Of a stretch of DNA of 55,653 bases, positions 44,391-55,653 are shown one piece after another (the stretch's first letter is position 1; each line of letters starts with the position of its first letter). The stretch is from Prorocentrum cordatum (Eukaryota), in contig CAUYUJ010000144.1 of the NCBI GenBank assembly GCA_963575745.1, positions 62,001 to 117,653 of the forward strand. Direction: 5' to 3'. The notes below the pieces were generated by a model. It did no database searches. It was not told the origin of the DNA and saw only the letters and a program-made list of their open reading frames with translations. Position numbers and translations under genes: made by a program.

Positions 44391-46490
44391 GCATACAGCC
44401 AAGCCCCACCCCCGCACTGCTGGCCGTCACCTGTTCTTGGCTGAGGGCGAGAGAAAAGGGGGGATATGTAGCAGAATGAGCAATGGAATCGGGAGGGGGG
44501 AGGAAAGGGGGCTATGAGGAGAAGTGGGGAGGAGAAGGAGGAGCAGGAGGAAGAAGAGGCCGGTGATACTGAGGAAGGGTAATGGAGAGGAGGAGGAGGA
44601 GGAGGAGGCAGATGAGGAAGCGGAGGAGGAGGAAGAGGAGGAGGAGGAGGAGGATGCGCAGCTGGCCCCGTGAGTGGGCCACAGCGCTCGAGAAGCGTGC
44701 CCTGCTTCTTGGCGAGTCGAACAGGCAACTATCGAATGAAGGCCATCACGTGGCGGGAACTGCATTTGGTGTGACACCCGCATGCACGCCGGCACCAGCA
44801 ACAGTTGGATGTTGCCCAAGATGGAGGCACGCGACCATTGCTCTGAGCACCCGAGGGGGGGACATCTGTAGCACTTTAGCAAGCCCTGGCCGCATCGAGG
44901 GGCATACGAACTGAGGCTACAAGCCACATAGGCCATTGCATGAGGAACGACGGTGTGATTGAACGAATGAGGTGAGCACTGCAACTCACACCACAGCTTC
45001 GCTATACGACGAAGATCCGACTGGACACACTCGATTCCATTACCCTTGCCGCGCGGGAAAACTTGATACATCATTCGCTCAGCAAGAGGCCACCTAGCAC
45101 GTACTGGACGTACTGCTGAGCCTGACGTTGGCCAACAGTGACGACAGCAATGTCACTAGCTCAAGAACTCCTCCTGTTGTTGTTTAGCATGCCTTCGCGT
45201 ATACTGTCGGCACAGGGACGCACTATCGTAATATGCTCCTTATGGGCAATCCTCATCCTCCTCCAGCCTCCCCGCACAGAACGAGTGATACAACCATGCG
45301 GCCAGATCTCCGATGAGAAGACCAGGATAAGAGCAACATGCGCCCACACATCCTAAGCAATGCCACTCTGGCGCAAACCTGCACACCGCCATTGAAAGAT
45401 AGCCGCGACAAGCGGGGCCAATCCGTCACGACCCCCCTGACAACCTTGGAGCCGGCAGAATATTATGACAAGTGGAGCTACTCCGCCAGAGCCCCCTCCC
45501 CCTTTAGCTAGGCACATTCAGGTAAACAAGTGTATACACAAGACTGCATTAGAGCTTCGCGCCATGCACCTTGGTCCTTGAAGTTTGTCGTACAGGCAGA
45601 AGAGCAGGACGGTAAAACATAAAACTGAGCGATAATTGCTTGTTGCCTTTTTTGACATCGTCGTGATAACAATATGATTCATCATAATTCCCTAGTGCTT
45701 TCTTTTCCTCTTCCCCATTCTCGCCTTACCCTGCGATTTCTTCCCCATCGTTCTTGTCGCGGAAACTCCTCCCTGGAGAACCGCTTGGGGGCCTCACGGA
45801 AACACAAATGCTTCTTGGGGCCTTCTGGACGCCTCATGGGTTCCTTCTGGGGGCTTCCTCGGGTCACCCTGTGTCCGACCGCGGCTTCCATGAGCGACCG
45901 AACCAATATTTGGAATGCTTCGGGGGCGTTCTGGGCCATCTTGGGCCGTCATGGGGCTTTCTGCCGGCCAGCTTGAGGCCATGTTGGGCCGTCTTGGGCC
46001 TCTCTTGGGCTGCCTGGAAGCCCGTTTGGATCGTTTGGGGGTGAGATTTGGGCCTCCTGGGCGGTCTCGGACGCCTGGAAGACCGAAAAACAAAACATAC
46101 CCCAAACCATACGAACAAAAACAAACGGAATCACAAGACAGTTCGCTGCTTGGGCCCCACCGCCAGCCCAAACGGCGAGCATAAATCGGGCGCAGCCCCG
46201 CACGCATCCGAATGCCCACACTTCGTCCTCGTACTACTCGTATTCCTCAACGTCCTCCTCCCCGTCCTGATCGTCGTCGTCGTCCTCCTCCTCCTCCTCC
46301 TCGTCAATGTTTTTCTGCGTTTCGAAAGCCTCTTGGGGGTCTTCTGTGGGTCGTGTTCGGGCGTCTGGTGGGCGACTGGGGCCTCTTGGGGCGGGCTCTC
46401 GTGGGGCCGTTCGGCCGCCCTCCTGACCTATGTGGGCCTGTTGCCAAGGCCCAGCAGGGGCTTCCAGGAGACCCCGAAAGCTCGGGGGCA

Positions 46491-46680
46491 CTGCAGGGGA
46501 GTCCAGGGGCCCCTGGGGCCACAGATCGGGGGGGTGTCCGTTTTGGGCGGAGGGTGCGTCCCACCCCCAAATATCGCAAGAAGAATATGTTTCGTTCCTG
46601 GGACCCTGCAGGAAACGTGCCCCACCCGCCAAAACGGGAGGGGATCCCTGGTTCCCAGGGACCCCTGGCCGCCCCTGCAG
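46491..46680. mobile_element. 190-bp palindromic MITE-like element
   Basis: Left arm ctgcaggggagtccaggggcccctggg vs reverse complement of right arm ctgcaggggcggccaggggtccctggg (24/27). Inner inverted pair ccgttttgg / ccaaaacgg. Confidence 0.7.
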
Positions 46681-46685
46681 ATTTA

Positions 46686-46879
46686 GGGGAACAAAAATGA
46701 TATAAACATAAAAACTCTGAGGTCCGCGCGGATTTCTTGGATCGGCGCTGGACCCCCCTCCCTGGCGCGCGGAGCGCACCAGGGGCGGCGCCGGAGGCGC
46801 CGCCAGGGGGTCCCAGCGCCGATCCGAGGAATCCGCGCGGACCTCGGAGTTTTTACGTTTATGTCAGTGTCTGTTCCCC
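46686..46879. mobile_element. 194-bp MITE with ~70-bp terminal inverted repeats, TA-flanked
   Basis: TA-GGGGAACA...aaacataaaaactctgaggtccgcgcggatttcttggatcggcgctgg pairs with ccagcgccgatccgaggaatccgcgcggacctcggagtttttacgttt...TGTTCCCC-TA. Confidence 0.85.
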
Positions 46880-47169
46880 TAGGATTGCCCCCCAGGACTG
46901 ATTCTAAACCTCCTGGATGTCCCTGCTGGGCCCACCTGGCGGGCCCAAGCGGTAAGGAGGGTGGCCAAATGGCCCCGCGAGAGCCGCAGACGCCCACCAG
47001 ACGCCCGAAGACGGCCCAAAGATCCCCCCCTGGATGCCCTTCAAACGTAAAAACATTGATTTCCAAATGGTGGTTGTATGATTCATGGTTGCTCGGTTCT
47101 TCGGGTATCGGAGCGTCCGAGAAGGCCCAAGAGGCCCCGAAAATCGCCCCCAAACTACCCAAAAGCGTT

Positions 47170-47412
47170 TCCAGGGTGGATCTCCCGATGGGGCCACGAA
47201 ACGCGTGAGGGGTGTGCCGAAATGAGCGTGGCGGCAACATGTGAACATGGCCTCTAGAGCCTTAGGATTCCTTAGGTGGAGCTGCCTGTGGCCATGAAGC
47301 GTATGAGGGGTGTGCTGAAATTGGTAGGGCGGTCACATGCGAACATTGTCACTGGGGCCTTAGGTGAAGCTACCGATGGGGCCACGAAACGCGTGAGGGG
47401 TGTGCCAAAATT
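47170..47412 (-). repeat. ~90-bp satellite units, inverted relative to 7520-7880
   Basis: gatggggccacgaaacgcgtgaggggtgtgcc occurs twice, plus one diverged copy between them. Confidence 0.85.
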
Positions 47413-48346
47413 AACAAGGCGGCGTGTGTCGAATTGCCTGACTGATGCGGAGGGCAAATGTAACGAGGGGAAGGAGGAGGAGAGGAGAAGAGAGGAGACG
47501 TGGGGCGCTGTCTCTTCAAGACGCGGACCCAACACCACAGGATGCTTCGGAAAACCACTGATATCGCAACATGGCTTTTCAAAAAAATCTGCGCTCTTGC
47601 GAATCTTCATGGAAACCATCGGTTTGTCTCGGCAGTTGTGACACATGAAACCACGCGGGCGTCGCGCGCATGTCGAACCCATTCGAACGCCACTGCGCAC
47701 TTGCTAGGGGGGGCACCATCCCTGTCAAATACTAACATGCGGGCCACCCGAGCGCGTCGGCATCCATCCACGACCTTCATCGCCGACGCGTGGACACCAT
47801 CATCGTCATCGGCGTGGCCAACATCGGCGCTGTCATTGGCCTTGCCGTTCTCATCGTTATCATCGTCACCATCATCGTTGCGATTATCATCGTGTCCGCC
47901 GTTGTCGACGTCACAAGCATACCGAGCCCGCCCGAGTCACCGATTCGCACTGAAACGCCCGCGCGTCAGAACGGTCTGCGAGACGCGCTGGGCAATCCCC
48001 AGCGGTCAGCGCCACCGGGGCCGCGTCGGCCGCGCCAACCTAGCAGACCGCTCTGCGCGCGAGCTTGCGCGCGCCAGCGCGGCCGCAGCGATGCGCAAGT
48101 CGCCCAAAGAGGATCTCACGAAGCTCTCAATAGACATCCGCAGAGACCCCGAGAGGCATCCAAGAGACCTCTGGTCTTTCTGCTCGTCCTCGTCCTCGTC
48201 CTCGTTCTAGTCCTCGTCCAATACTACTTTCTTCTCTCCCCTGATGACGTCCGGAAGATATTCGCCACCCCCCCTCCGCGTACTTTTTGTTTACACACAA
48301 GATTCCCGAGAGTTGTATTTTCGCTGATTTGTTTCAAATTGTTGCT

Positions 48347-48535
48347 ACCGCTGAAGCGCTGGCCTCATTTTCGGGTTTCCGCTCGTGCCGAATCGTGGTC
48401 CCGCTGCAGCACTGGCTTCATTTCCGCGCTTCCGCTTGTTCCGAATCGTGCTCCCCCTGCAGCGCTGGCATCATTTCCGCGTTTCCGCTCGTTCCGAATC
48501 GGGCTCCCGCTGCAGCGCTGGCGTCATTATTTCCA
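48347..48535 (+). repeat. ~52-bp tandem repeat, about 3.5 copies
   Basis: Unit approximately ttccgcgtttccgctcgttccgaatcgtgctcccgctgcagcgctggcatcat, head-to-tail with no spacers. A degenerate pentamer (ATGCT/ATGCC) array follows to ~48830. Confidence 0.85.
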
Positions 48536-49639
48536 ATGCCTTGCCACGGCATGCAATGCAATGCTATGTGGTGCTCCGCTGTGCGATGCCATGCCTCCAG
48601 CTGCCATGCTAGGATATTACGCAGTGCGACGCCATGCTATGCCATGCTACGCTTTGATCTTCAACGCCATGCTATAACATGTTCTGTTCACTACCGCTGT
48701 GCGATGCCATTATTTGCGCTGCATCGTTTTGTGCTGCAATTCTTCACTACGCAACGCCACGCCATGGTATGACATACTACGCTCTGCTGTGCTCTTGTAC
48801 GCCCTGCTACGTTGTGCTCTACAATGTATCGCGCACCCTCTCGCGATCATTGCCCTGCTCGAGATCCGACTGTGCGAAGAGTAGAGAGGAGATCTACGCC
48901 ATGGTAAGGGATGAGAGAAGGGGTAGGACGTCAGATGTGACGCGAGCGCACCTGGCTTGCCCCCTCCCCCTCCTCATCCGATTCCTCCTCCATTCTCCCT
49001 CTCTTTGGGTATGACTGCTTCCGCCACCCCTAATTCCACTGCGTGCTCCCCCAAATCCCCTGATCTGGGAAACTCGTCTGAGCATCGTTTCTGGGTGGGC
49101 TGGTGGGATCTCGCGAAGCGTCTAAAATACACACCCTACATACACCACCATGCAGTGGACGTCCCCTGGGAGGCGCGTGGCAAAGACTCCCGTTCTGATG
49201 GTTCATATTAATACACACTGTCAATCTGCTCTTCCACGCAATGGACGTCCCCCAGCGGAGCGTGGCAAAGACTCCCTCCAAAAACTCTCCTTTGGGGGCC
49301 TTAGAACGCTATGAAATAAACTTGAAGAGCCCCACCGCAAGACACCAATCGAGGCACTGCGAGAATCGCGACAGGCCCCGCCTGCAAGGAGTAGGAGAGG
49401 GGAGAGGGAGAAGCAAGAGGAAGGGGGAGGAGGGAGAAGGGAGAGGAAGGTGGATGAGGAGGAGGAGAAGGGGGAGGAGGGGGAGGGGGAGGAGGAGGAG
49501 GAGGAGGAGGAGGAGGAGGAGGAGGAGGAGGAGGAGGAGGAGGAGGAGGGAGTAAGAGGAGGAGGAGCAGGAGGAGGAGGAGGAGTGCACAGCCCCAGGG
49601 GACGACCGACGACGGCGGGACGACGGCTCCCTCCAAGGC

Positions 49640-52600
49640 TCAGCCTGCATCAGCAAGGGCAGCAGAGAAAAGAGGCGGGGCCCGCCTGCGCAGCTGGCGG
49701 ATGCGAGCCACGCCGAAGTTGAGAAGCCGAGCCCGCTCGGCGAGCGGGCTCGTCCGAGGCCAGTGTCTTAATTCATGGTATGCTGTGCAACAGATGTCAT
49801 GATACAAGGCGACAGAGAGGAGCTGCACATCACTGAGAGGTAAAAGACTGAAGACCGACGCACGCGCACCCGCTGTGTGAGTACGGAAGTCGGGGGAATA
49901 TTAGGAAGCATTGACAGAATATGGGCCGTGCACGCACAAACTAGAGTGTGGAGCATACTATCTGCACTGGCTTGGTGGCAGAATCGACACGGTTCGGTGG
50001 CACCTCGAAATCGGCGGGCGGTGCACAGGCACTACATAAAGTGCGAACGACACTGCTGGACACACAAGTGGGAGCAATACGAGAGACACGCTTGAGAGCG
50101 ACAAACAAGAGGTCAATCTGGTCGGGAGTGGGAACCACGCCGAATTTGCACAGACGATCACGAAGGACAGAGCGGAGGGGGGGAGAAGAAAGGGCTCTCA
50201 GGGCGGACTCAGATCGACTCTGGAATCTGGAAGCTCCGAAGACAGGCATGGTCGGGATCTGGGACAGAGTGTTGAAGTTGGAGATGAGATGGAAGATGGA
50301 GGACTCCTGATGCACAGTATTTCGCTGCCAACACAAAATAGAGTCATCATCGTCGTTCTCGATGACTGATTTGGCGTGGTAGAACGCCGCGGACATGACT
50401 GCAGTGCGATACATGGCTGCTCGGGCAGCTGGCGCGAGAGCGCGGGCCTGCATCGGGAAGCCCCACTCCTTGAGATTCTGGAGGATCCCCTGGGACAGGC
50501 TATTGTTCGGGGCGTTCGTCAGACTCTGCTGGGCTTTTCTGACGGCCGAGAACGCGGCTTTCGGGGGCGGGTAAAACTGCACCACATGGGAGGGGACCGA
50601 GAAGGCGGGAAGGTTGAAGCACACGATGGACTTGCAAAGGCCGAGGCCGAGACTTTTGACATCCTGCGCCCTCGAAATGCACTTGCTGGGTGGGGCGAGC
50701 CATGAGAGATTCCACCCATCGTTCCCAAGGAATATCCCTAAGTACTTCCCAAGATGCTCGAAATTGAGGTTGTCTGGGCGAACTCCTATCTGGCGCATGA
50801 GCTGCTGGCATTCGGCGACGCTGAGGCTGGCGAGGGTCACGAGAATCGTCTTGGGCAGATGAATATGCAGACCAGCAGCAGCGCCAGCGAGATGCCAGCA
50901 CGGAACCAGAGCTTTAAAGGTACTGAAGATGTCAGCGGCAGCGACGCCGACGTCGTCTGCAAATGCAGTCAACCAAGACACGCCACTAGGGATCCTCGTA
51001 AGCATGTGGCGTAAAATCGGATCGAAGGCGATGCAAAAGATAGTCCCTGACAGGGGGGGCCTTGTTTGATCCCACGAGAAGCCAGGAAGGAGTGCCCATG
51101 GAGCCCGCAGAAATTGATTTCGACGGTGACGTCCGTGTACAGGGCCTGAATACACCTCAGGATGTTTGACGGGAGCCCCATGCAGGTTAGGGCCCAGAAG
51201 ATCATATCGTGCAAGAGGCTGGGGAAAGCGGACCGCACGTCATAGTATAGCACACCAGCATGCGCGTGCCCAGACTTAGCATGCCACATAACTGCCCGAC
51301 TCTCGAGGTCGATGATGTTTTCGTTCATGTATCTCCCAGGAATAAACCCACGCTGGTTGACAAGAACAGTTTGGGAGGCAATCTGGGAAAGAGGTCTGTT
51401 GATGGCAAGGGAGATGAGCTTGTTGTCAGAGTTGGAGAGGGTAATAGGTCTAGTTGTTTCAGGCTTACGTATGATCTGGGAGGAGGTGTCGTCTGGGTCG
51501 CTGCCCTTGGCAAGGAAAACGGCCATTGCCCGATTAAACTTCGGCGGAAGGTAGCCCTGCTCGAGCAGGACGGAGTAGGGAGCGCACAAGGAGTCGGCAA
51601 CGGCTGCACCCCCTTTGCACAGCAGGCATAGGGTATGCCGTCGGGCCCAGGGCGCGAATCCCCGGTACGGGAAATCAACTCCCCAAATTCCAGACGCTCA
51701 AGCTTCCAGAAGATGTTGGGGGGGGGCAGGTCTGGACAAACTCACGCAGCTGTTGTCGGTCCTCGACAGATCCAGGAATACCTTGATGAACCTTGCCCCA
51801 GTGGTCGGCAAGATGCATCGCTACCTGCTCAGGCTCGGTAATGGCCTTGCCAGTCGGGTCGGACACGCCAGTAAGAGAAATCCTGCGGTGCTTCCGCCCC
51901 CATGCTGACTGATATCTGTAGAGTTTTATCTTCGCTTCTTGCTTGCGCTGGTCGGATATGGGCTGCTGCTCAATATCAATCATCTGCTTCTGGATGTGCT
52001 CATTCTTGAGATCAGTCAGGTGAGAGTGAAACGCGCGCATATCAATCAAAAGGCCAGACAGCGGGCAGAGAAACTTGGCGAGCAGCGGGTGCGCGCGCAG
52101 GGCCTTGCGAACAAGCCACAGAAGACCTCTCAGAGTGCCACGCAGGGCTGCGAGAGTCCAGGCAATCTTTTCCTCGACGGATTTGTTGGCCTGCTCGATG
52201 CTATGCTGGAGGGCGTTCTTACTCGCCTGAACAAGGATATCCTTCATCTGAGCGTGGTGCATGGCGGGGTCAATGTCGAGCGGGCCAACAGCGTCGAGCA
52301 GTTCCTGGACACAGATCGGGAAGTGCGAGTGCTTGGGGACCCATGCAGGAACTCTGAAGCCCATCTTGCCACCAGGGGATAATGCGAGGCACGCCGGAGC
52401 GTGATCCGAGAGCTGTCCTGCTTTCGAGATCGGAACGAGGGTGAGAGACTTGGGGTGGAGCTCGAGGAGGATAGCGCTGAATATGTTTGAGTATATTCTG
52501 TCGATGCGGCTCATGCTCACTTTACACAAGTCCCCGAAGTGCAGGGAGAAGAAAGCAGCAGCATCATTGCTGGAATAATTGGCGACACCACTGACGTGAA

Positions 52601-53347
52601 ACGACCCTTCGCCTTGACTGGGGAAATGGAAGTCCCCAAGCACGAAACTTGCAACAGCTTGGGCGGGTAGGAGAGTACGACGGAGAATCATGAGCTGACG
52701 CTTCTGTTCACTGAGAGGGAGAGCAGGATCGAGATGAATGTTAGAGGTCTGAAGAGTGCCTCTGGGACCAGCGAGAGTGAGAGAATGGATGCGACCCTGG
52801 ACTAATTCGGCGTATCGGCAGTACTTGAAATCGTCGCGGAGCGACGGATGGAACAAAAAAAAAAAAGTACGCATCCAGCAGCCCTGACTTCGAAGAAAGA
52901 CCCAATACCCCATGAGTCGTACACTTCGGAGCAGACTCTCTGTAGGTCGAGAAAAGAGCCCCTGGCCTCCTGGATGCGCACGACATGGTATTTCTGGATA
53001 TATGTTACTAAGCGTGACATTTTTCTTCTGACGGTATCCAGACGTGTGGTGAGCCCCCCGAAGAGCGACCGAGCGCTCCAGGAAACAAAACTGATATGTG
53101 CCTTGACTACGTATGGTGAGTGTGTCCAGAATCTAGGGATAGGGCGGAAAGACTCGGGCGCAGCCGAAGACGGGAACCTCATGGGCCCAGACGGCGCGGA
53201 AGACCAGGACGAGGTGGAGGAAGAGCCCGCAGACGCGGAAGAGGAAGAGCTCGACACGGAGGTGGAAATGCATGGCTGGTATGGAACCCTCATACCAGGC
53301 GCCCCTGACGAAAATGTAGAACCTGATCGGAACGGCGTGGGAGACCC
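49640..53347 (-). pseudogene. LINE-B ORF2: APE endonuclease, reverse transcriptase and Cys/His knuckle; frameshifted
   Basis: APE: VSWSARSL, IQEARG, VLGDFHF, SRIDRIY, LSDHAP. RT: PGPDGIPY, RPITLSNSDNKL, QRGFIPGR, YDVRSAFPSL, GIKQG/PLSG, AFADD (FADD at 50952-50963), KYLGIFLG. C-terminus: CTARRF...CRFCHQASADSMLHTLVC. Confidence 0.92.
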
Positions 53348-54271
53348 CTAGCTGGGACGGGCTGTCGCTATGATGGAGCCCGCCTGCTCAGGCGAGATGT
53401 CGAACTTGGCGGTGCCGTCGGGGGAGTGAACGATCTCGTACTGGCCGTAGTCCCCATCCTTGACTGTGAACAACTCATGATCAACCTCGCTGACGGCGAT
53501 GAAGAGGATACCCCTGAAGCCGTTGACACCGAGTTCGAAGCGCTGCTCATTCCATGTGCCTGCTTGTCGCAGATGGGTATTGACTGCCTGCCAGATTTTG
53601 CCCAGGACCTGGTTCTTCTGCCTGACCGTGCTGGGAGCATCCTTCCTGCAGCGGAGGGGGATGCGGGAGCCAGACACGCTGTCTTGCCACAGGATGCCGT
53701 GGGCCCTGCCGTGGTCAACGAACGAGGAGGCATCGAGCGAGCTGCTGAACGTGATAGAGTAGCTCTTGGCGAGGTTGTGGGCTTTGATGCTCACACCAGC
53801 CTGGCGGAGGTGAGAAGGGAGAAGACCGAATAGAGTGCGACCATGCGCCTCCATGATGGTCGCTAGCATGGGTCTCGTGAAGCCGCCAGTCCATACCTTG
53901 CAGGGACCATGCTCATCTCCAATACGCGAATTAACCTGACTCGGTGGTGCCGACAACCTTCGACGCGAAGCAGGCGGACCTGACGAGGAATCCCCAGCTG
54001 AGCTCTGAGTCGATGATGTCTCAATAGCAGCAATGCGGCTCTCGAGATCGGTGCGAAGGGCAGCGAAAGCACCAGCTTCGGACGAAGCACGAATGTTCGC
54101 CTCAAGCACGCCGGTGCGCTTGTTGATGCCTTCCATGGCGGTCTCCTGGGCAGTGAGCGAGACGCGAAGCTCGTGAATGCCAGGGAGCGCTGATTCGATG
54201 CTGGTCGAACGCCCTGTGATCCCCCCGAGCTGCTCGAGGATCTGCGCGATACCCTCTCCAACTTCAGGCAT
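53348..54271 (-). CDS. LINE-B ORF1 (307 aa; predicted coiled coil plus RRM-like/CTD-like region)
   Basis: Open 924-nt frame from the first ATG after the SL (MPEVGEG...ARPS*). Heptad-like N-terminus (LRTDLESRIAAIE), then KVWTGGF and LRCRKDAPSTVRQKNQVL, reminiscent of the L1 ORF1p layout. Confidence 0.75.
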   Translation of the reverse strand: MPEVGEGIAQILEQLGGITGRSTSIESALPGIHELRVSLTAQETAMEGINKRTGVLEANIRASSEAGAFAALRTDLESRIAAIETSSTQSSAGDSSSGPPASRRRLSAPPSQVNSRIGDEHGPCKVWTGGFTRPMLATIMEAHGRTLFGLLPSHLRQAGVSIKAHNLAKSYSITFSSSLDASSFVDHGRAHGILWQDSVSGSRIPLRCRKDAPSTVRQKNQVLGKIWQAVNTHLRQAGTWNEQRFELGVNGFRGILFIAVSEVDHELFTVKDGDYGQYEIVHSPDGTAKFDISPEQAGSIIATARPS

Positions 54272-54400
54272 TGCGGCAAGCTGCGAGGGAGGCCGACGGC
54301 TCGGGCACGAGCGCGCCAGCGGGGAAAGTGTCCGCCTGGATTTGACTCCAGGAAAGCCTCGGAAGAGAGGCAGCCTCACTCGAATGGGGCCTGTCCCCAC

Positions 54401-54422
54401 CTTGAGCCAAAATGGCAACGGA
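54401..54422 (-). other. Dinoflagellate spliced leader (dinoSL) copy at the 5' end of LINE-B
   Basis: Minus strand TCCGTTGCCATTTTGGCTCAAG vs dinoSL DCCGTAGCCATTTTGGCTCAAG, 21/22 identical. Confidence 0.92.
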
Positions 54423-55653
54423 GGAGCAGGAGGAGGAGGAGGAGGAGGAGGAGGAGGAGGAGGAGGAGGAGGAGGAGGAGGAGGAGGGGGAGAGCCAGCA
54501 AGCGAAGAGCAAGTGGAGGCGAGAGGCCCTGCCCATGGGAGGACCTCCGCGTTGCTCTGCTTGCGGGCCCTCTTCTGGGCGGGCGTCTCCTTCTTCTCCT
54601 TGCCTGCCAGCTGCCGCGCCATCCTCGAAAGCAACCGGCTCGAAGCTGCAGCGGTGGGAGGGCTCTCGGGCCAAAATCTCGCCCGCGCCTCTCCACGCGG
54701 GAGGCTGGCGAGCGCGACGCTGGCTGGAAGATGCGGGGGGCGAGGGAGACGGGTCGAAATACCACCTCCATTCTTCCACGCCGTCCTGCGTCCATTCCTC
54801 CACTTCACCTCCTGCGCCTCTTTCCCCCTCACTGCCAAACGCGCGGCCCAGAGAGCGACCTCCAGTTTTAAGAGCGCGAATGCCTGTTTCCAATCCTCTT
54901 GCCAAGACGGCGAGGCAGCGGACAGCGGATCCTGTCCACCAACCACGCCTTCTCCACCTCCTCCTCCTCCTCCTCCTCCTCCTCATCCTCATCCTCCTGC
55001 TTCACCCTTGCAGTGCCCATGTAACCTCCTCGTGGAGAGAGGTTGAAGTATAAAATTGAAAGATTCACTGAGTGTTGAACTAATGGGATAAAAGGGTGGA
55101 GGACATATGGTGTGCCTCCCTTGGTGGGGGTAGGCTTATGGTGCCCACCGTCAGTTGTGGAGGAGCCTATGGTGCCCCTCCGAGCCCACCCCGTCCCATC
55201 CACAGGGACTTCGCACCTCCCCCCAAGGTCCCCCACCATGCCCCTGTGGCACGAAGTGGAGTGTCCCCAGGTCCATTGCTCAACCCCTGAGCTTCAGCCC
55301 TCAACTCTGAGAATTCTGTAAAAAAATCTGGACCCCTAATTCCAAGACGGCCCAAGGGGCCCCCAAGACCGCCCCCAAGAGGCCCCAGGGAGACGCAAAG
55401 GAGGCCCCAAGAGGCCCCCACGACGCCCCGATACTACCCAAACTGGCCCCCAAGAGGCTTCACAACGGCGCCCAAGAGACCCCCGAAAGGCCTCCAACGA
55501 CATCCCTACGAACAACTTGGAGGCTTGTGACCTTACAACACAGGCGCAGTGGCGGGATGGGACGAAGGCTATTGGATAATTGGAAAGCGACCTGATGAGG
55601 TGGCTGGACCACTCGTCTGTGCTAATCCTTATCCTCCTCCTCCTCCTCCTCCT

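Larger units (their letters stand above)
49586..54422 (-). mobile_element. LINE-B: full-length L1/Tx1-like non-LTR retrotransposon with 5' dinoSL, inserted in (GGA)n
   Basis: Order: SL, ~130-nt 5'UTR, ORF1, ORF2 (APE-RT-zinc knuckle), short 3'UTR. Flanked by the direct repeat GGAGCAGGAGGAGGAGGAGGAG at 49564-49585 and 54423-54444. Confidence 0.92.

Noticed and set aside
44680..45420. Coding remnant
   Set aside because: No motif recognised in the frames examined.
48347..48535. CRISPR-like array
   Set aside because: Head-to-tail units with no unique spacers, no cas genes, eukaryotic context. The same applies to 7520-7880.
53348..54946. 532-aa ORF as a single protein
   Set aside because: It runs through the microsatellite, TSD and SL. 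The supported ORF1 starts at ATG 54271.

Overview
Gene-poor, repeat-saturated eukaryotic DNA, almost certainly dinoflagellate nuclear genome: it holds a 21/22 match to the dinoflagellate spliced leader (dinoSL) and long (TAG)n, (GGA)n, (CAT)n and (CA)n tracts. Most ORFs in the supplied track are microsatellite artefacts. Supported coding content: (1) LINE-B (49586-54422, minus), a full-length but degenerate L1/Tx1-like non-LTR retrotransposon (ORF1 plus APE-RT-zinc knuckle). It starts with a dinoSL and sits in a (GGA)n microsatellite with a ~22-bp target-site duplication. (2) LINE-A (~17681-23790, minus), a different, apparently 5'-truncated APE-RT-RNase H LINE, also bounded by (GGA)n on both sides. 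(3) A renalase-like FAD oxidoreductase pseudogene (30378-31983, minus) carrying a TA-flanked TIR insertion, a Tc1-type excision footprint and a candidate intron. (4) A Ty1/copia RT fragment. In both LINEs ORF2 continues in frame behind a single ORF1 stop codon. In LINE-A that stop is UGA-CGG followed by a stem-loop, with no AUG before the endonuclease. The best candidate for a new system is SL-trans-spliced, (CCT)n-associated LINEs that may express ORF2 by stop-codon readthrough. The rest is palindromic MITE-like elements, short satellites and dispersed repeats. All family calls come from motif reading by eye; no searches were run.
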